The notes under the pieces were generated by a model. That model was not told the origin of the DNA and made no database searches. It was given only the letters and a program-made list of their open reading frames with translations. From positions 1,116,001 through 1,180,000 of the forward strand of contig CP128815.1 in the NCBI GenBank assembly GCA_051546255.1: a stretch of DNA of 64,000 nucleotides. The letters are read 5' to 3'. Positions 41,845 through 53,540 of the stretch are shown one piece after another. The stretch comes from Meyerozyma guilliermondii (Eukaryota). Numbering within the stretch: position 1 is the stretch's first letter; every line of letters begins with the position of its first letter. Made by a program: the position numbers and the translations under genes.

Positions 41845-42290
41845 GGTCAGATTTGAAGAAATTGCAATTAAAATCGGTGATAATGGCTTTGGTTGCGCAC
41901 CTCTGAAATCGGGACACTTGGGTTGCCCGTTCGGACTGAGTAGAGAAATAAAGCCACAATTGGGAGAGAAGTTTTTAGGTTATTCTTGTGAATTTCCGGA
42001 AGTCAATTTGAAGGGAAAGAGTGTTCTGAAAGTGATTTCACTTGACCTTTCAAAATTTAACTAAAAAAATGGATTATCTACTAGTTTTGAGTTTGGTTGC
42101 GAAATCATTAAAACGAATTACTTTAACATTCGGCACCAGTAACTTGCCTCTATGAATTTAAAAGTTTATGTTTCTTCCACATCGATGTTCACACCCATGA
42201 ATTCCGGAAAGGTGCACTAACCTTGCTACACGTTCCCTGCCTCAACACACCAACTGGAATTTAAATTAATATCTCGTCTATAGACACAAA

Positions 42291-43424
42291 TTAATGAGAA
42301 GCATTCTCAGGCTTCCTGCAAACGTACAACATCATAGGGGTAAATAACTTTTGGCGTCCGCCTTCAACCAAGTTGACAGCTGCATCCTCCAATGCATAGG
42401 TAACATTCTTTGAGCCCTTTGGTGCAAAGCCAACAGTCTCCAACATACCCACCAAACCTGTAGTGACGGTACGACCAATCTTAGAGGTTCTGAAAACAGT
42501 AAAGTAGTCGCCCAAAGTTTGGACATATTTCCACTCACCTGACAATGGGTAGTACCAAGGAATTTCGTCGTCCTTGTCAGCCAAGTCCTTTTGGTATTCA
42601 ACCTCGAAACCCACGTTTTTCAAAGCTTGTTCGGCAACCTCACGCTTGTACATCTTTGGAATTCCATCTCCCACTTCAATACCATAGGCAATCTTACGGT
42701 GTTCCTCATTGGTCTCGTCGTACTTGTCGGTCATAACCCATTCGTAGACACCAAACACACCACCAGGCTTCAAAACCTTGTAGATTTCAGAGTAGACACC
42801 TTCCAACACTGGAGCATGCACAGTGGCTTCAATAGCATAAACGGCGTCGAACAGTTCGGGCTCAAAGTCCATTTGCATGAAGTCACCCTTGACATACGAC
42901 AATTTGTGATCCAACTTGTACTTTTGGGCGTAATGGTTAGCACGCTCAATTTGGTAGTCGTTGTTGTTCAATCCAACAATGGTACAGTCGGTAAAACGGC
43001 AAATTTCTCTACCCGGTCCACCAACACCACATCCAACATCCAACACTCTCATGTTCTCGTTGAGCTGCATCTTCAAAGCCAAGAAATGCTCGTGACGAGC
43101 AGTAGCTTGTCTGAAAGCTTCACCTTTATAATAACGTGAAAAATGGAATGAAGAGCCCCATCCATGCTCGTAGAAATCTGTCACCAAGTTGTAGTAGTGT
43201 GCAGTCAACTGGGAGTAGTCTCCGAGACGTTTGTCCTCGTCTTCCTTGGAAACACCACCGTCCCAGTGCTTGAAATAACCGTTAGTGGCCACCGATGACG
43301 CGTCCTTAGCCTTAGAAAGAAGAGCTCTCAAACCAGTTTGCTTGTAGGATTCACCATGAAGAGCCTTAGCAAACTGGGAATCTCTTTCATGGTCTTTTTC
43401 GGCGAGTTTAAATTCAGAAGTCAT
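42291..43424 (-). CDS. ERG6: Sterol 24-C-methyltransferase
   Basis: [42 protein letters not shown] at 43424. Confidence 0.97.
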   Translation of the reverse strand: MTSEFKLAEKDHERDSQFAKALHGESYKQTGLRALLSKAKDASSVATNGYFKHWDGGVSKEDEDKRLGDYSQLTAHYYNLVTDFYEHGWGSSFHFSRYYKGEAFRQATARHEHFLALKMQLNENMRVLDVGCGVGGPGREICRFTDCTIVGLNNNDYQIERANHYAQKYKLDHKLSYVKGDFMQMDFEPELFDAVYAIEATVHAPVLEGVYSEIYKVLKPGGVFGVYEWVMTDKYDETNEEHRKIAYGIEVGDGIPKMYKREVAEQALKNVGFEVEYQKDLADKDDEIPWYYPLSGEWKYVQTLGDYFTVFRTSKIGRTVTTGLVGMLETVGFAPKGSKNVTYALEDAAVNLVEGGRQKLFTPMMLYVCRKPENASH

Positions 43425-43496
43425 GATTTTAACGATAGTCTTTTGTGTTTCTTCTGCGTGGTCGGGTGTTTTTATTTTCAGCTGCCCTCGTTCCTG

Positions 43497-43596
43497 TCGT
43501 ATAAATATGCAGTACGACACACTCGTTTAGGGAATACGAGACGATCTCCAGTATTTTATGCAGAGCGGTTGCAACATCAATAGGAAGCCTATACGA
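43497..43596. promoter_or_regulatory. Cluster of Upc2-type sterol response elements
   Basis: TCGTATA 43497-43503; TCGTTTA 43523-43529; TCGTATT (minus) 43533-43539; TCGTATA (minus) 43590-43596. Confidence 0.7.
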
Positions 43597-43616
43597 GATG
43601 ATGAGCCGATTTTGTA

Positions 43617-46600
43617 TCAGATATCGTAATCCACCAGTTCTTCTTGTTCTAACATCTTATCGATTTCTGCAAGTTCTTCGTCTTTGTTCGATCCACCAAA
43701 AACGTTATCCTCCTCATCAGCCATACTAGGTCTTCTGCTAGTATTCCTGCTAGAATTTCTACTGGCAGCTCTACTGGCATTCCTGCTAGCGCTTCGGCTA
43801 CTGACGGCACTCGGCGCTTGGCTTCCGCGACGGCTAGTGGTTTGACTGGCAGCCGACTCGCTAATACTTCCTGTCCTAGAACTCTGGAATTTCATACTGG
43901 TTTCTTCCTCTTCGTCGGCTTTAGTTATCATTGCCTGAACATTTGCTTCAAACTTGGCCCACATCTTCTCCGTGGATGCATCCATGGTAAATTCCGGCTC
44001 GTTTTGGCATGTCTCAAAGTACGCCTTTGTATCGTTGAGACTGGTTTGAAGTGCTCTAAGCACCGTAGATCCCAACTTCTCTGTTATGTAGAGTTTGTTC
44101 AAGTAAGTGATGATGGTCTTCTTGACACTTCTTGGGGTATCTTGTTCAAGTGCCTGGAGCATAGACACTGCTTGCCATACATGAGATGGGGTCTTCAGGA
44201 TGTCCTCCTCTGACAAATTTACCAAATTATTTGGATCACACCAATGAACAATTTGTTGCATGACTGCATTGGCTGTCGTAAAGTTGTCGAACCGAGTATA
44301 TCCACCATCTACTCGGAACATACGGAAAAAACAATCACCACTCACCTTAGCAAGTTTGAATTGATGAGACGGGTGACTGAAAGCATAAACCGGAATGCAA
44401 AATGCCAAAGTTTGCTTCAATGCATGGTTGTCCGAGTTGTAAGGATGGAAATACGACAATATTAATGCAGTCAAGAGCTTTTGCTCTTCATTGTCTTCAG
44501 GTTTAGGGTCTTCTTTCTCGTCATTTCCAAAATTATTGAGGATGTCTGCCAAGAAGAGTTTACACAAACCCTCAGCTACCACAGCTTGTGCTTCATGGTC
44601 ATCGTACAGTCGTAAGATCTTGGAAAAGAGCCGAGACAAAGAAAGCGAATCAACTTCCTTTCCTCTACCAACCACACTCAATCCATGTACTGAAAGAATG
44701 TCAACGATGGCTTTGATGCAAATGACTCTCAATTCACCTTGCGTATTAGCTGCAGCCTTTCCTATCACCACTAGGTAACTACTCGCCAATTGCTGGTCTA
44801 AAAGGCAGAACAAGCCCATACACTTCATTCCAAGGGCTCTAATTTGAATGTGATCCCATCTGTCAAGCGCGGGCTTTACCAAGCTCTGAATAAGAGACTC
44901 CAAGGCGTAATTGCTACTCAAGGGTTCTTGTACAAGCTCGAGAACCTGCTGCAAAAGCCGTAAGCACTGAATGGTGAGCTCATCTGGTGCTTGTTTAGGC
45001 TCGACTCTTCTGCGCTTTTGATTAGAATCGGGACTAGATTCTTCTTCATTTGCACCTTCTTCATCTGAGTCCTCGCTGTCATTTTCCATCTGGCCTATAA
45101 TTGTGTCCTCGATGGAAGTCTGATATGAATCTTGCAAGTCATTGATGATCTCGGCACACATGGATGAAAAGTCACGCTCACTAATGGAAATCTTACGAAG
45201 AACCTGCAATGACAGCTCAAGCAACTTGCTCGATAAGTTGTCGTCGGCCAAAGAGCTACGCACGATCTGTAGCATTCTTCTTCTTCCAATTTCATCGCTG
45301 AAATCGTAATCTTTTGCGATAAGAAGTAATTGCTTGATCACAAACTCCAAGTCAGCAAACACATCCGAAAACTCGTTATAATCAGTCTCGAACTCCTTCG
45401 CTTTCATCACTTCTGCTCTCAATTCTTCTTCCAATGCTGATGCATCTTTGGTTAATTTCTGTAACTTCTGCTGGGCACGTTTGCTCTTTTCCTCATTGAC
45501 TTGTTCTTGTGCTTCGACAATTTCTGGCGCCAAGAGATCCAACTGGGCTGCGATCCGTCTCTGTGATTTCTCGGATCGTTTGTACTTTTCTATAAGTTCA
45601 CGATTTTCGTCGAGCATGCGCATTCGAAGCTTCAAGTATTTTTCCAAAGTTTCGGCAATCTCAACAGGCTCAGGAAAGCGGTCGTCAATTAGGGTGATAT
45701 GGCCATTTGAATTGCAGTAGTCATAGAATGTGCGCAAGAGAAACGCAGTCTCGGTGGTGAGTTCCTTCCACATGGAGCTGGGCAAGTCAATTGAGTTCAA
45801 ATCTTCATCACGAGATTTGAAAAAGATCTTCATAGCTGTTTCTGCCATCGAGCTATCCAACACCTTCAAATTCTCGATCAACGATATGATATCAGAATTG
45901 ACAGTGGTGAACCAATGATCGATGACCATTTTCGAGGCAGCTTTCTTTACGTTATCATCTCTATCATTCAAACCCCACTTCAAAAGCTCCTCACGTAACT
46001 CGAAGTCAATATTTCGAAAGTCTCCCAATTCTTTGGCAATTCTAGAGTACACCAACCGCCTATTTATGGCGTTTACGTCACGAGCCCGCTCGATCAAATA
46101 AGGTATAGTTTTTGGAGTTTTGAGCAAATTCAAAAGCGCTGAGCGTCTGACTTCTGCGCTGTCATCATTTTGAATTGCCTCTATGAGCTTCTGGGTCGAC
46201 ATATTATGCCCTTCAACATGTTCTTCGCCTGGAATGACTAATTCTTGGAAGCGAGACATAGCAACAACAGCTTGTATACGGATTGTCGGTTCTTTGTCGT
46301 AGAGTCTACGGTTCAAAGACCATCGCAAAGCTTTGAAGAGCTCGATATCAATCTCACCAACAAATATCACCAAGTACGCAATCAATTGAACAACACGGTA
46401 TCTTACGTTTTTGTCTTTCGCCTGCAGCCCACGCAACAAGTGACGCAAAAGATATTCGGCTACTCTGTTTGCTGGACTGTCTTCTTCATTTTCTTCTTCA
46501 TTTTCGTCGTTCTTTTCCTCGTCTTTGAATAATGTGGAGACAAATAATGAGCAGAATTTGGCAATGCGGTCACCGACTTGTTCACCTTTTTTCAAAGGAA

Positions 46601-46814
46601 GGATCTTATTGACCATCTTGGTGAGCCGTAACAAGAACCCATCCTCGAATTCAAGCTCAATTGCTCTTTCGTAAATGTGTTTTAATACAATCACCAATTT
46701 GCGGTGACTCGAAAGACTCATTTGAGCATCTTGAAAGACCTGAGAGATGGCATTGCTGATATCCTCGAACGCGGTGATCTGTCGGATCTGTTTAAGGGTC
46801 GCTTTATTGGACAT
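43617..46814 (-). CDS. YCG1: Condensin HEAT subunit CAP-G
   Basis: AKDKNVRYR, DDSAEVRR, ERARDVN, DFSDEIGRR, EGLCKLFL; ATG at 46814. The track's longer ORF reads through the tRNA-Gly gene. Confidence 0.92.
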   Translation of the reverse strand: MSNKATLKQIRQITAFEDISNAISQVFQDAQMSLSSHRKLVIVLKHIYERAIELEFEDGFLLRLTKMVNKILPLKKGEQVGDRIAKFCSLFVSTLFKDEEKNDENEEENEEDSPANRVAEYLLRHLLRGLQAKDKNVRYRVVQLIAYLVIFVGEIDIELFKALRWSLNRRLYDKEPTIRIQAVVAMSRFQELVIPGEEHVEGHNMSTQKLIEAIQNDDSAEVRRSALLNLLKTPKTIPYLIERARDVNAINRRLVYSRIAKELGDFRNIDFELREELLKWGLNDRDDNVKKAASKMVIDHWFTTVNSDIISLIENLKVLDSSMAETAMKIFFKSRDEDLNSIDLPSSMWKELTTETAFLLRTFYDYCNSNGHITLIDDRFPEPVEIAETLEKYLKLRMRMLDENRELIEKYKRSEKSQRRIAAQLDLLAPEIVEAQEQVNEEKSKRAQQKLQKLTKDASALEEELRAEVMKAKEFETDYNEFSDVFADLEFVIKQLLLIAKDYDFSDEIGRRRMLQIVRSSLADDNLSSKLLELSLQVLRKISISERDFSSMCAEIINDLQDSYQTSIEDTIIGQMENDSEDSDEEGANEEESSPDSNQKRRRVEPKQAPDELTIQCLRLLQQVLELVQEPLSSNYALESLIQSLVKPALDRWDHIQIRALGMKCMGLFCLLDQQLASSYLVVIGKAAANTQGELRVICIKAIVDILSVHGLSVVGRGKEVDSLSLSRLFSKILRLYDDHEAQAVVAEGLCKLFLADILNNFGNDEKEDPKPEDNEEQKLLTALILSYFHPYNSDNHALKQTLAFCIPVYAFSHPSHQFKLAKVSGDCFFRMFRVDGGYTRFDNFTTANAVMQQIVHWCDPNNLVNLSEEDILKTPSHVWQAVSMLQALEQDTPRSVKKTIITYLNKLYITEKLGSTVLRALQTSLNDTKAYFETCQNEPEFTMDASTEKMWAKFEANVQAMITKADEEEETSMKFQSSRTGSISESAASQTTSRRGSQAPSAVSSRSASRNASRAASRNSSRNTSRRPSMADEEDNVFGGSNKDEELAEIDKMLEQEELVDYDI

Positions 46815-46909
46815 TTCAGCGTGAAAATCAAAAAAGACTCTAGATGTAAACAAACTTGATCTGAATATTTGATGCGAACGCGCAGAGTAGCGAGGGAACA
46901 AAAAAGAAA

Positions 46910-46981
46910 TGAGCGGTACGGGAATCGAACCCGTGACACCTGCTTGGAAGGCAGATATGTTAACCACTACACCAACCGCCC
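46910..46981 (-). tRNA. tRNA-Gly(TCC)
   Basis: Reverse complement GGGCGGTTGGTGTAGTGGTTAACATATCTGCCTTCCAAGCAGGTGTCACGGGTTCGATTCCCGTACCGCTCA; anticodon loop CTTCCAA. Confidence 0.96.
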
Positions 46982-47072
46982 GGTTGTGTGGTATTGGTGT
47001 TAGTCCTGTCGCTATCACGCTCTGCGCATCAGTTTCTCATATACTCTTTCTCACCAAATCGGCGATTCTTTC

Positions 47073-49528
47073 ATGCGACAAGATCTGGGTATGTAGGGTA
47101 CCTAAAAATAGGAAGACTTCCTCGAGACCTATTTCGAGCGTGAATGAAAAGAGAATATCAACTTTATTCTTAATTCATTATGGCATGAAATACTAACCTA
47201 GTTTTACTGAAGTTGGATCTCGAGAATGGCAAATATGTCAATGTCACAGAACTGTTTCTACGATGTATAGATAGCATCCAGGGCAGTCAAGTGGTGCAGT
47301 CGAAGCTCTTCAACTTACTCGAAGGAACAAGGGCTGTGGAGGTTAGTAATCGTCGTTTGGACACCGGTCTCATCCCACTCGAAGACTACGATTTAAGATT
47401 TGATACTTCTGCTCCACGAAGTGGTTCCGAGGTCATTGCTATCATGGACCAGTTTCTCCGCACCACCATGAGCTGGCTCCAAAACTCGTCATTACCAGTC
47501 ACGGCACTTAGTTGTCGATATGCTCAGACCCTTCTTCAGAACTACCAAAGGCATGCTGATACTTTGGGAACACTAACAAATTGTACTTTAATCGAACCAC
47601 GGTTGAAAGATGGGTATGCTAATCATGGGACAGAAGACTTGTCTCCAGAATATATGTTGGTACACCAGGTACTCCGTTCTTTCTTGTTGGTGATGCTCAA
47701 GTGGATTGGGTTCTGTGTTCAAGTTGGCCTCAATGTCTTGTATGAAGAGGAGGATTTGACCACGAGAACTCTGGACTTGGACATGTTGACTGCGGTTCCA
47801 TTTGAGACTGTTGTGGCAGAAGCCAATAAGTCAATGGAGTGGATCAAATCTAACATTAGTGACGAAAAGCAGGCTAGTATTATGCAAAAGTTTCTCGCTT
47901 TGGCAGTCGATATGCTTAATCTCCATCAAATTTTATATTTGAGATTGTCGCTAACTGAAAAAGATCAAATAGAAGATAAGTTGCATTTTCTAACAAATGG
48001 CAAGCATTGCACCCAAGACCTCCATCAAGAAACTGCACAATTGACAACGGAACCACCTAAGGGAGCGTTCTCCAAGTTCATCCAGTTGGACTTGAACAAC
48101 AAAAGCATACCGGCAGAACTTACAAGTCTATGTCGTGACGAATGTTACACCAGCATATTTTCACTTTTTGACGAGGTTTATCAATTCGTGAACACAGCGG
48201 CTAACATCACCAATATTCATCAACTAAACACCTACTTGGAGTTTGAGATCCGCAGGCCACTCTCCTCCGCTAATGTGATCTCTCGTGGGTTATTCCAGCT
48301 CTTTTTGGTTCGAGATGATCGAACCATATTAGGTTCCAAAGAAGACATTACGTCAATTTCTCTAAAATTAATGGAGAATTTGAGTTGTCTATACTGCAAT
48401 GCATTGCGTCCCGATTCATGGAACAATATTCAAGGAGACGAAACACAAGTCAAGACAATCAAGCAAGAACTCTTGCAAAATTTGGATACACTTTTGGGTG
48501 ATATTGAAACTGGCATCAATCAAAATTTCGCAGTCGTTAGCAATAACCGCTGCCGACAACGCCAACTCAATACAAGATCAATTCTAATATGGGACACTAT
48601 TCAGGTATCTTCGGAGCCATTAGAAGTGATGCTATGGCAATCTCATCGTATAGGTGATAGGCTAATGGATGATAGTCCAGCGCTTGCAATCACATCTTTT
48701 GTCTACTTTATCAAGTTGGATGTGATGCTTGAGGTGCTCCTTTTAGGATTTGAACTGGATATCTACAAGCCTTACGAGATGAACCAGATGTACTGGTTCG
48801 CAACTTACTTGAGTATGACGATAGTTGACCATTTGAAGGGCAGAGTATTGATGATCATCCGGCTGCAAATTCACGAAATTTCCGATGCCATGCCGAAGCG
48901 GTTGAAAAAGGCCAAGGCTGGCCCCAAAAAGCAACAATTGAAGGCGCAGATCCAATTTGCTACCACAAACATTCTTCCAGGTTTGAAGAGCAATCAAGAG
49001 TTTATTGAAAAATTTCTCATCAGAAAATACGAAGCCTTGCGCATCATCACCGATGCTTACCGTATGATGTATGCCATTTGTCATAGCTTGAAACTCATAG
49101 ATGCCATTGCCGGTCCCAAAAACTTGATAACCAGCCGTGAACTCCTTTATAACATTCGCATGAAACCGTGGTCTTCCGTGGGTGTTCCAGCGCTCCCAAC
49201 TTACGATCAGTACGTTAGAGCCCTCCGCAAGTCAACAATTGCCGAAGACATGATTGCGTCGCAAGCGGGGTCGCAAATTGCCAGTGCGATCGCCCGCTTT
49301 AACGAGGCTAAACAAATTCTGCAGCAACTTTGTCGCGAAACGGAAATCTCCACAAATTACTGCTTGGGTACTCATTGCACAGAATACTACAACAACATGA
49401 CCAAAACATGTGTGGTACAATCGTTGGAGTTACATAAGTTGCGAAAAGCGTTGGCCGAGAAAAAGCAGGTTAAAACAACAATTGAAAACAACGCGGATTA
49501 CTTCCCCGTCTTGAGAGTATCCGTTTAG
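47073..49528 (+). CDS. MAK10: NatC N-terminal acetyltransferase auxiliary subunit, two exons
   Basis: Exon 1 47073-47088; intron 47089-47201 (GTATGT...TACTAAC-CTAG); exon 2 from 47202 is in frame with the track ORF. FNLLEGTRAVEV..RLDTG, LYEEED, NRCRQR, GFELDIY. Confidence 0.88.
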
Positions 49529-50127
49529 ATACGCACTACGATTTTGCTCATGGTTGCGAAATGACGAACGGCTATTATGAACTTAAATACGGAGTGCGGC
49601 TGGGCGCGGCTCGTTATCTTCAAATATGAACCTGTTCTAGGCCTCGGAGAACTTTATAGAAGCGGCTGTTAACGCACCTTCAGGCCGGGTAATGTGCGAA
49701 TTCGCTCATTTGTCATCAAATGTGCATGACACGTGAGCGGGGCCATATTAGCCTAAGCGCCTGCATTTAGGGGGAAAAGAAAGGCTGCCAGGAGGTGACG
49801 TACGTATAAAAGTAATTGGATTCCTTCCGCCGCGTGCGTATTTTTCACACAATCTCCTCGGGTAATATTTACAGAGGTCATATATATATCAGTCAAAGTC
49901 ATTTTTTGAGATACCCTTATACTTCACATTAGATTAGCTCTTTTGTGTTTATTCCCGGTGGCAAATTTAACGAAAACCGGTAAATTACAAGTTACTTGTC
50001 AGCTCCTTGCCCAATAGTCGTAGGGCAACCCATTCCCCCCGTTATTAGCACATTTCAGTGCTCCTTCAAACCCCCGCTTTAATAGCCTGCTTTTCACTTC
50101 CTTCACCCCCTTTTTACGAAACTTATC

Positions 50128-51516
50128 ATGGCCGACGTTAAGCGTGCTTATTCTCAGTTCGACACTCCATCTGACCATGTGGACAAGAAGTTGCATACCA
50201 AACCTGGTAGAAAACCGATAGAGACCGAACCCAAGTCGAAGAGAACCGCTCAAAACCGTGCCGCTCAGAGAGCGTACCGTGAGAGAAAGGAGAGAAAGAT
50301 GAAAGATTTGGAGGACAAGGTTCTGCTGCTTGAAGAGCAGAATATCAAGGTTGCAACTGAATCTGATTTCCTCAAGGCCCAGGTGGATATGTTGAAGCAA
50401 GAATTGGCCAGGTATCGTGGTACCACTGACCTTCTGGACTTGAACAGTAAGTTACCTACCCATACAAAGCCTTCGGTACCTCGTCCACAAACTAACTCCT
50501 CCGTGAGTAGTGACTCCACTAATTCCAACAATGCAGTTTCGGCCGATTTCCCCTGGTCCGATGATACCTACAACCAATCACCCAATGTTGAAAAATATAA
50601 TGCCAGTAACAACAAAGATTTTCCACTTCCAGATTTGATTGGTGGCTCGTCTTCATCTACATCGCCGCTCAATGATAATATACTAGTGTCGCCCGATTCG
50701 GGGAACAGTATTTCTTCAGGATCCAACCCACCTACTGCTTACAACCCAACCCCCGATTTCTACAAATTTGAAGAAGATATTGATCCTTTCTGCAGTAAAC
50801 TAAATGAGGCATGTGGAACGAAGCAAGATCCAGTTCCTAAGGATTTGAAGGCTAACTATGCATCTCCGTTTGCGTCGAAAACTACTCCAGCAGCAAAGGA
50901 CAACACTGATTATGTGAACGACTCTTTCTTCAATGGTCGTAGTACCTTTGACTTTGATTTATCAAACAACAACACAGATCCATTGTCATTTTTGAATGAC
51001 AAGAACTTTGATGTATCTTTAGCATTTTCTGAGGATTTGGGCAGTAGAAACAATGGTACAACTGAAAAGGTGGAAACTGATCCTTTGGCATTCCTTACAA
51101 CTGAAGAATCCGCTTACGATCCATTGAAAGATTCAGTGAATGTGGACTTCAATTTTAACGATTTTGTCAAGAGCAGCATCAGTGGTACTGATTCGACCCG
51201 AGATACGGTAGTATCGTATTCTCCTGAGGCTAACTTGAAGGATTTTACGAACAGAACTCCAGCAACTGAAGCATCAGATTACTCATATACATCAGGTAAG
51301 AATGATGTGCTGGAAATTGTACCGGCTCCTGAAAAGGGATTAAAGTGCTCTGAAATATGGGAGAGAATTACCAACCATCCCAAATACACCGAAATTGATA
51401 TTGATGGGTTGTGTCTGGAGTTGAAGTCAAAGGCCAAGTGTTCAGAGAGAGGCGTAGTGGTCAATTCGACCGATGTTAATCAATTATTGGAACAATCAGG
51501 TGCTATGAAACGTTGA
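50128..51516 (+). CDS. CAP1: AP-1-like bZIP oxidative stress regulator (Yap1/Cap1)
   Basis: KRTAQNRAAQRAYRERKE basic region; n-CRD FCSKLNEACG; c-CRD CSEIW...DIDGLC[S]ELKSKAKCSE. Confidence 0.95.
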   Translation: MADVKRAYSQFDTPSDHVDKKLHTKPGRKPIETEPKSKRTAQNRAAQRAYRERKERKMKDLEDKVLLLEEQNIKVATESDFLKAQVDMLKQELARYRGTTDLLDLNSKLPTHTKPSVPRPQTNSSVSSDSTNSNNAVSADFPWSDDTYNQSPNVEKYNASNNKDFPLPDLIGGSSSSTSPLNDNILVSPDSGNSISSGSNPPTAYNPTPDFYKFEEDIDPFCSKLNEACGTKQDPVPKDLKANYASPFASKTTPAAKDNTDYVNDSFFNGRSTFDFDLSNNNTDPLSFLNDKNFDVSLAFSEDLGSRNNGTTEKVETDPLAFLTTEESAYDPLKDSVNVDFNFNDFVKSSISGTDSTRDTVVSYSPEANLKDFTNRTPATEASDYSYTSGKNDVLEIVPAPEKGLKCSEIWERITNHPKYTEIDIDGLCLELKSKAKCSERGVVVNSTDVNQLLEQSGAMKR

Positions 51517-51632
51517 TGATTATATAGTTCGTGCATCACAATGTGAATTTTAGAATTTTGAGTACTGCATGTAGCCCGGCTCCCTCCAATGAGAGCGAGA
51601 TTTTATTCTCACCTACAACTAGGTCAGCAACC

Positions 51633-52058
51633 ATGTCCACTTCTCTCATCCGGACAATCAAGAACATTTACAGTTCGGGACTCAGACGTGCTGCTTGGCA
51701 GATACAGACTCACAACGATACCAAAAGAGGATGGCTTGTAGGCGAAGATGACTATGGAAACAAATATTATGAAACCGACGCTCCAGAAGAAATTCATATG
51801 AGAACCAGATGGGTAGAATATGCTGACTGGGGAATTGACATGTCTAAAGTTGAGCCTGGATGGCATTACTGGTTGGGTTATGGAACCAACACTCCTCCCA
51901 ACAAGTTACAAGGAAAAGAGAAGACTGTTCAACCTTTTCCAATGGGACCTCACAAGATGAATTTGACTGGAAGTGAAGGGGCTTATGTGCCATATAACAC
52001 TGCCAAGCCCAAGATCAACGCTTGGAATCCTGAAGTTAAGGAGCGGGTGAAGGCTTGA
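51633..52058 (+). CDS. Complex I accessory subunit NDUFA12 (N7BM)
   Basis: LVGEDDYGNKYYE, RTRWVEY, VEPGWHYWL, NLTG...AYVPYNT...KINAWNP; ATG at 51633. Confidence 0.9.
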   Translation: MSTSLIRTIKNIYSSGLRRAAWQIQTHNDTKRGWLVGEDDYGNKYYETDAPEEIHMRTRWVEYADWGIDMSKVEPGWHYWLGYGTNTPPNKLQGKEKTVQPFPMGPHKMNLTGSEGAYVPYNTAKPKINAWNPEVKERVKA

Positions 52059-52412
52059 GTAGTAATGATTGCTGAGTGTACAACATTGCATGTAGGCTTG
52101 TTGAATACGGCTTTGAATGGTTATTTTGCTGGAGCTCAAAGATTCTGCGCTGGTTTGCTACTAGTTTGGTGGGATTTGAGTCTTTTGCAGGTGAGTTTTT
52201 GCTGGTATGACTTATTTAGAGTGTACTGGTTAGGCTACAACAATACATATTACGGATAATAAGGACTAAGTGTACAGAAGAAAGACCACAAGGATAGTCA
52301 GCTACAAGAATGTGTTAGCGTGCAGTCGTTTTCCGAGCTAATTCACAATTCGTATTAATCTCTTGGCGCTTACTTCCTTATCAGATTTCGCATCGCAGTG
52401 AAAAATTAAGCT

Positions 52413-53540
52413 ATGGCATCTCAATTTCCAGCTGTGGCCACAGATGCGGTCCTCAAACAGTCAGATCCGGTACCGGAAGACTTTGAAGAGGTCAAAGGTA
52501 TCGATTATTCCAAAGATTCAGCCTACAATATGACTGCGGTAGATTTAATACTGCTGATGAAAAATATGGGTTTCCAAGCATCGTCCGTGAGTAAAGCTTG
52601 TGATATTATCAACCAGATGAGAAGTTGGAGAGGAAAAAAGAAGCTGGAGTTGCCAGAACACGAACAAACTGGAGAGTTCGATGACGAAGGGTACCAAAAA
52701 ACTACTATTTTCTTGGGTTATACTTCCAACTTGATCTCTTCTGGCTTGAGAGATACGTTGAGATTTTTGGTTCAACACAAGATGGTGAGTGCAATTGTAG
52801 CTTCTGCTGGTGGAATTGAGGAGGATTTGATCAAAGTATTGGCGCCAACGTATATGGGAGAGTTCAGTTTACCTGGAAAAGGACTTCGAGACAAGGGTAT
52901 GAACAGAATTGGTAATCTTTTGGTTCCCAACGATAACTACTGTAAGTTTGAGGAATGGATCGTGCCAGTTTTGGACAAGTGTCTTGAGGAGCAAGAGGCT
53001 GCGATGGCCGAGGCAGGAAGCAATGGGTTGAATGCTGACTCTGCTGCTGTTTGGACTCCATCAAAGTTGATTGACCGGTTAGGAAAAGAGATCAACGATG
53101 AGTCCTCGGTTCTTTATTGGGCCCACAAGAACCAGATTCCCGTGTTTTGTCCTGCTCTTACCGACGGATCCATTGGTGACATGTTGTTCTTCCACACATT
53201 CAAGGCATCACCTCAGCAATTGCGTCTTGATATAGTAGCTGATATAAGAAAGATCAACTCGATGTCTATGGCTGCGCTGCACGCAGGTATGATCATTTTG
53301 GGAGGTGGTTTAATCAAGCACCATATTTGCAATGCCTGTCTTATGCGGAATGGAGCTGATTACGCCGTATACATCAATACTGGTCAAGAGTTTGATGGTT
53401 CTGATGCTGGAGCTCGTCCCGATGAAGCTGTTTCCTGGGGAAAGATCAAGGCCGATGCTCATTCGGTCAAGGTGTACGCCGATGTTAGTGTGGTGTTTCC
53501 TTTAATGGTTGCAGCCACCTTCGCAGCCACCAAGCCATAG
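52413..53540 (+). CDS. DYS1: Deoxyhypusine synthase
   Basis: [51 protein letters not shown]. Confidence 0.97.
   Translation: MASQFPAVATDAVLKQSDPVPEDFEEVKGIDYSKDSAYNMTAVDLILLMKNMGFQASSVSKACDIINQMRSWRGKKKLELPEHEQTGEFDDEGYQKTTIFLGYTSNLISSGLRDTLRFLVQHKMVSAIVASAGGIEEDLIKVLAPTYMGEFSLPGKGLRDKGMNRIGNLLVPNDNYCKFEEWIVPVLDKCLEEQEAAMAEAGSNGLNADSAAVWTPSKLIDRLGKEINDESSVLYWAHKNQIPVFCPALTDGSIGDMLFFHTFKASPQQLRLDIVADIRKINSMSMAALHAGMIILGGGLIKHHICNACLMRNGADYAVYINTGQEFDGSDAGARPDEAVSWGKIKADAHSVKVYADVSVVFPLMVAATFAATKP

Noticed and set aside
46815..47018. N-terminal extension of YCG1 in the ORF track
   Set aside because: Starts at a non-ATG codon and runs through the tRNA-Gly gene; the first ATG is 46814.
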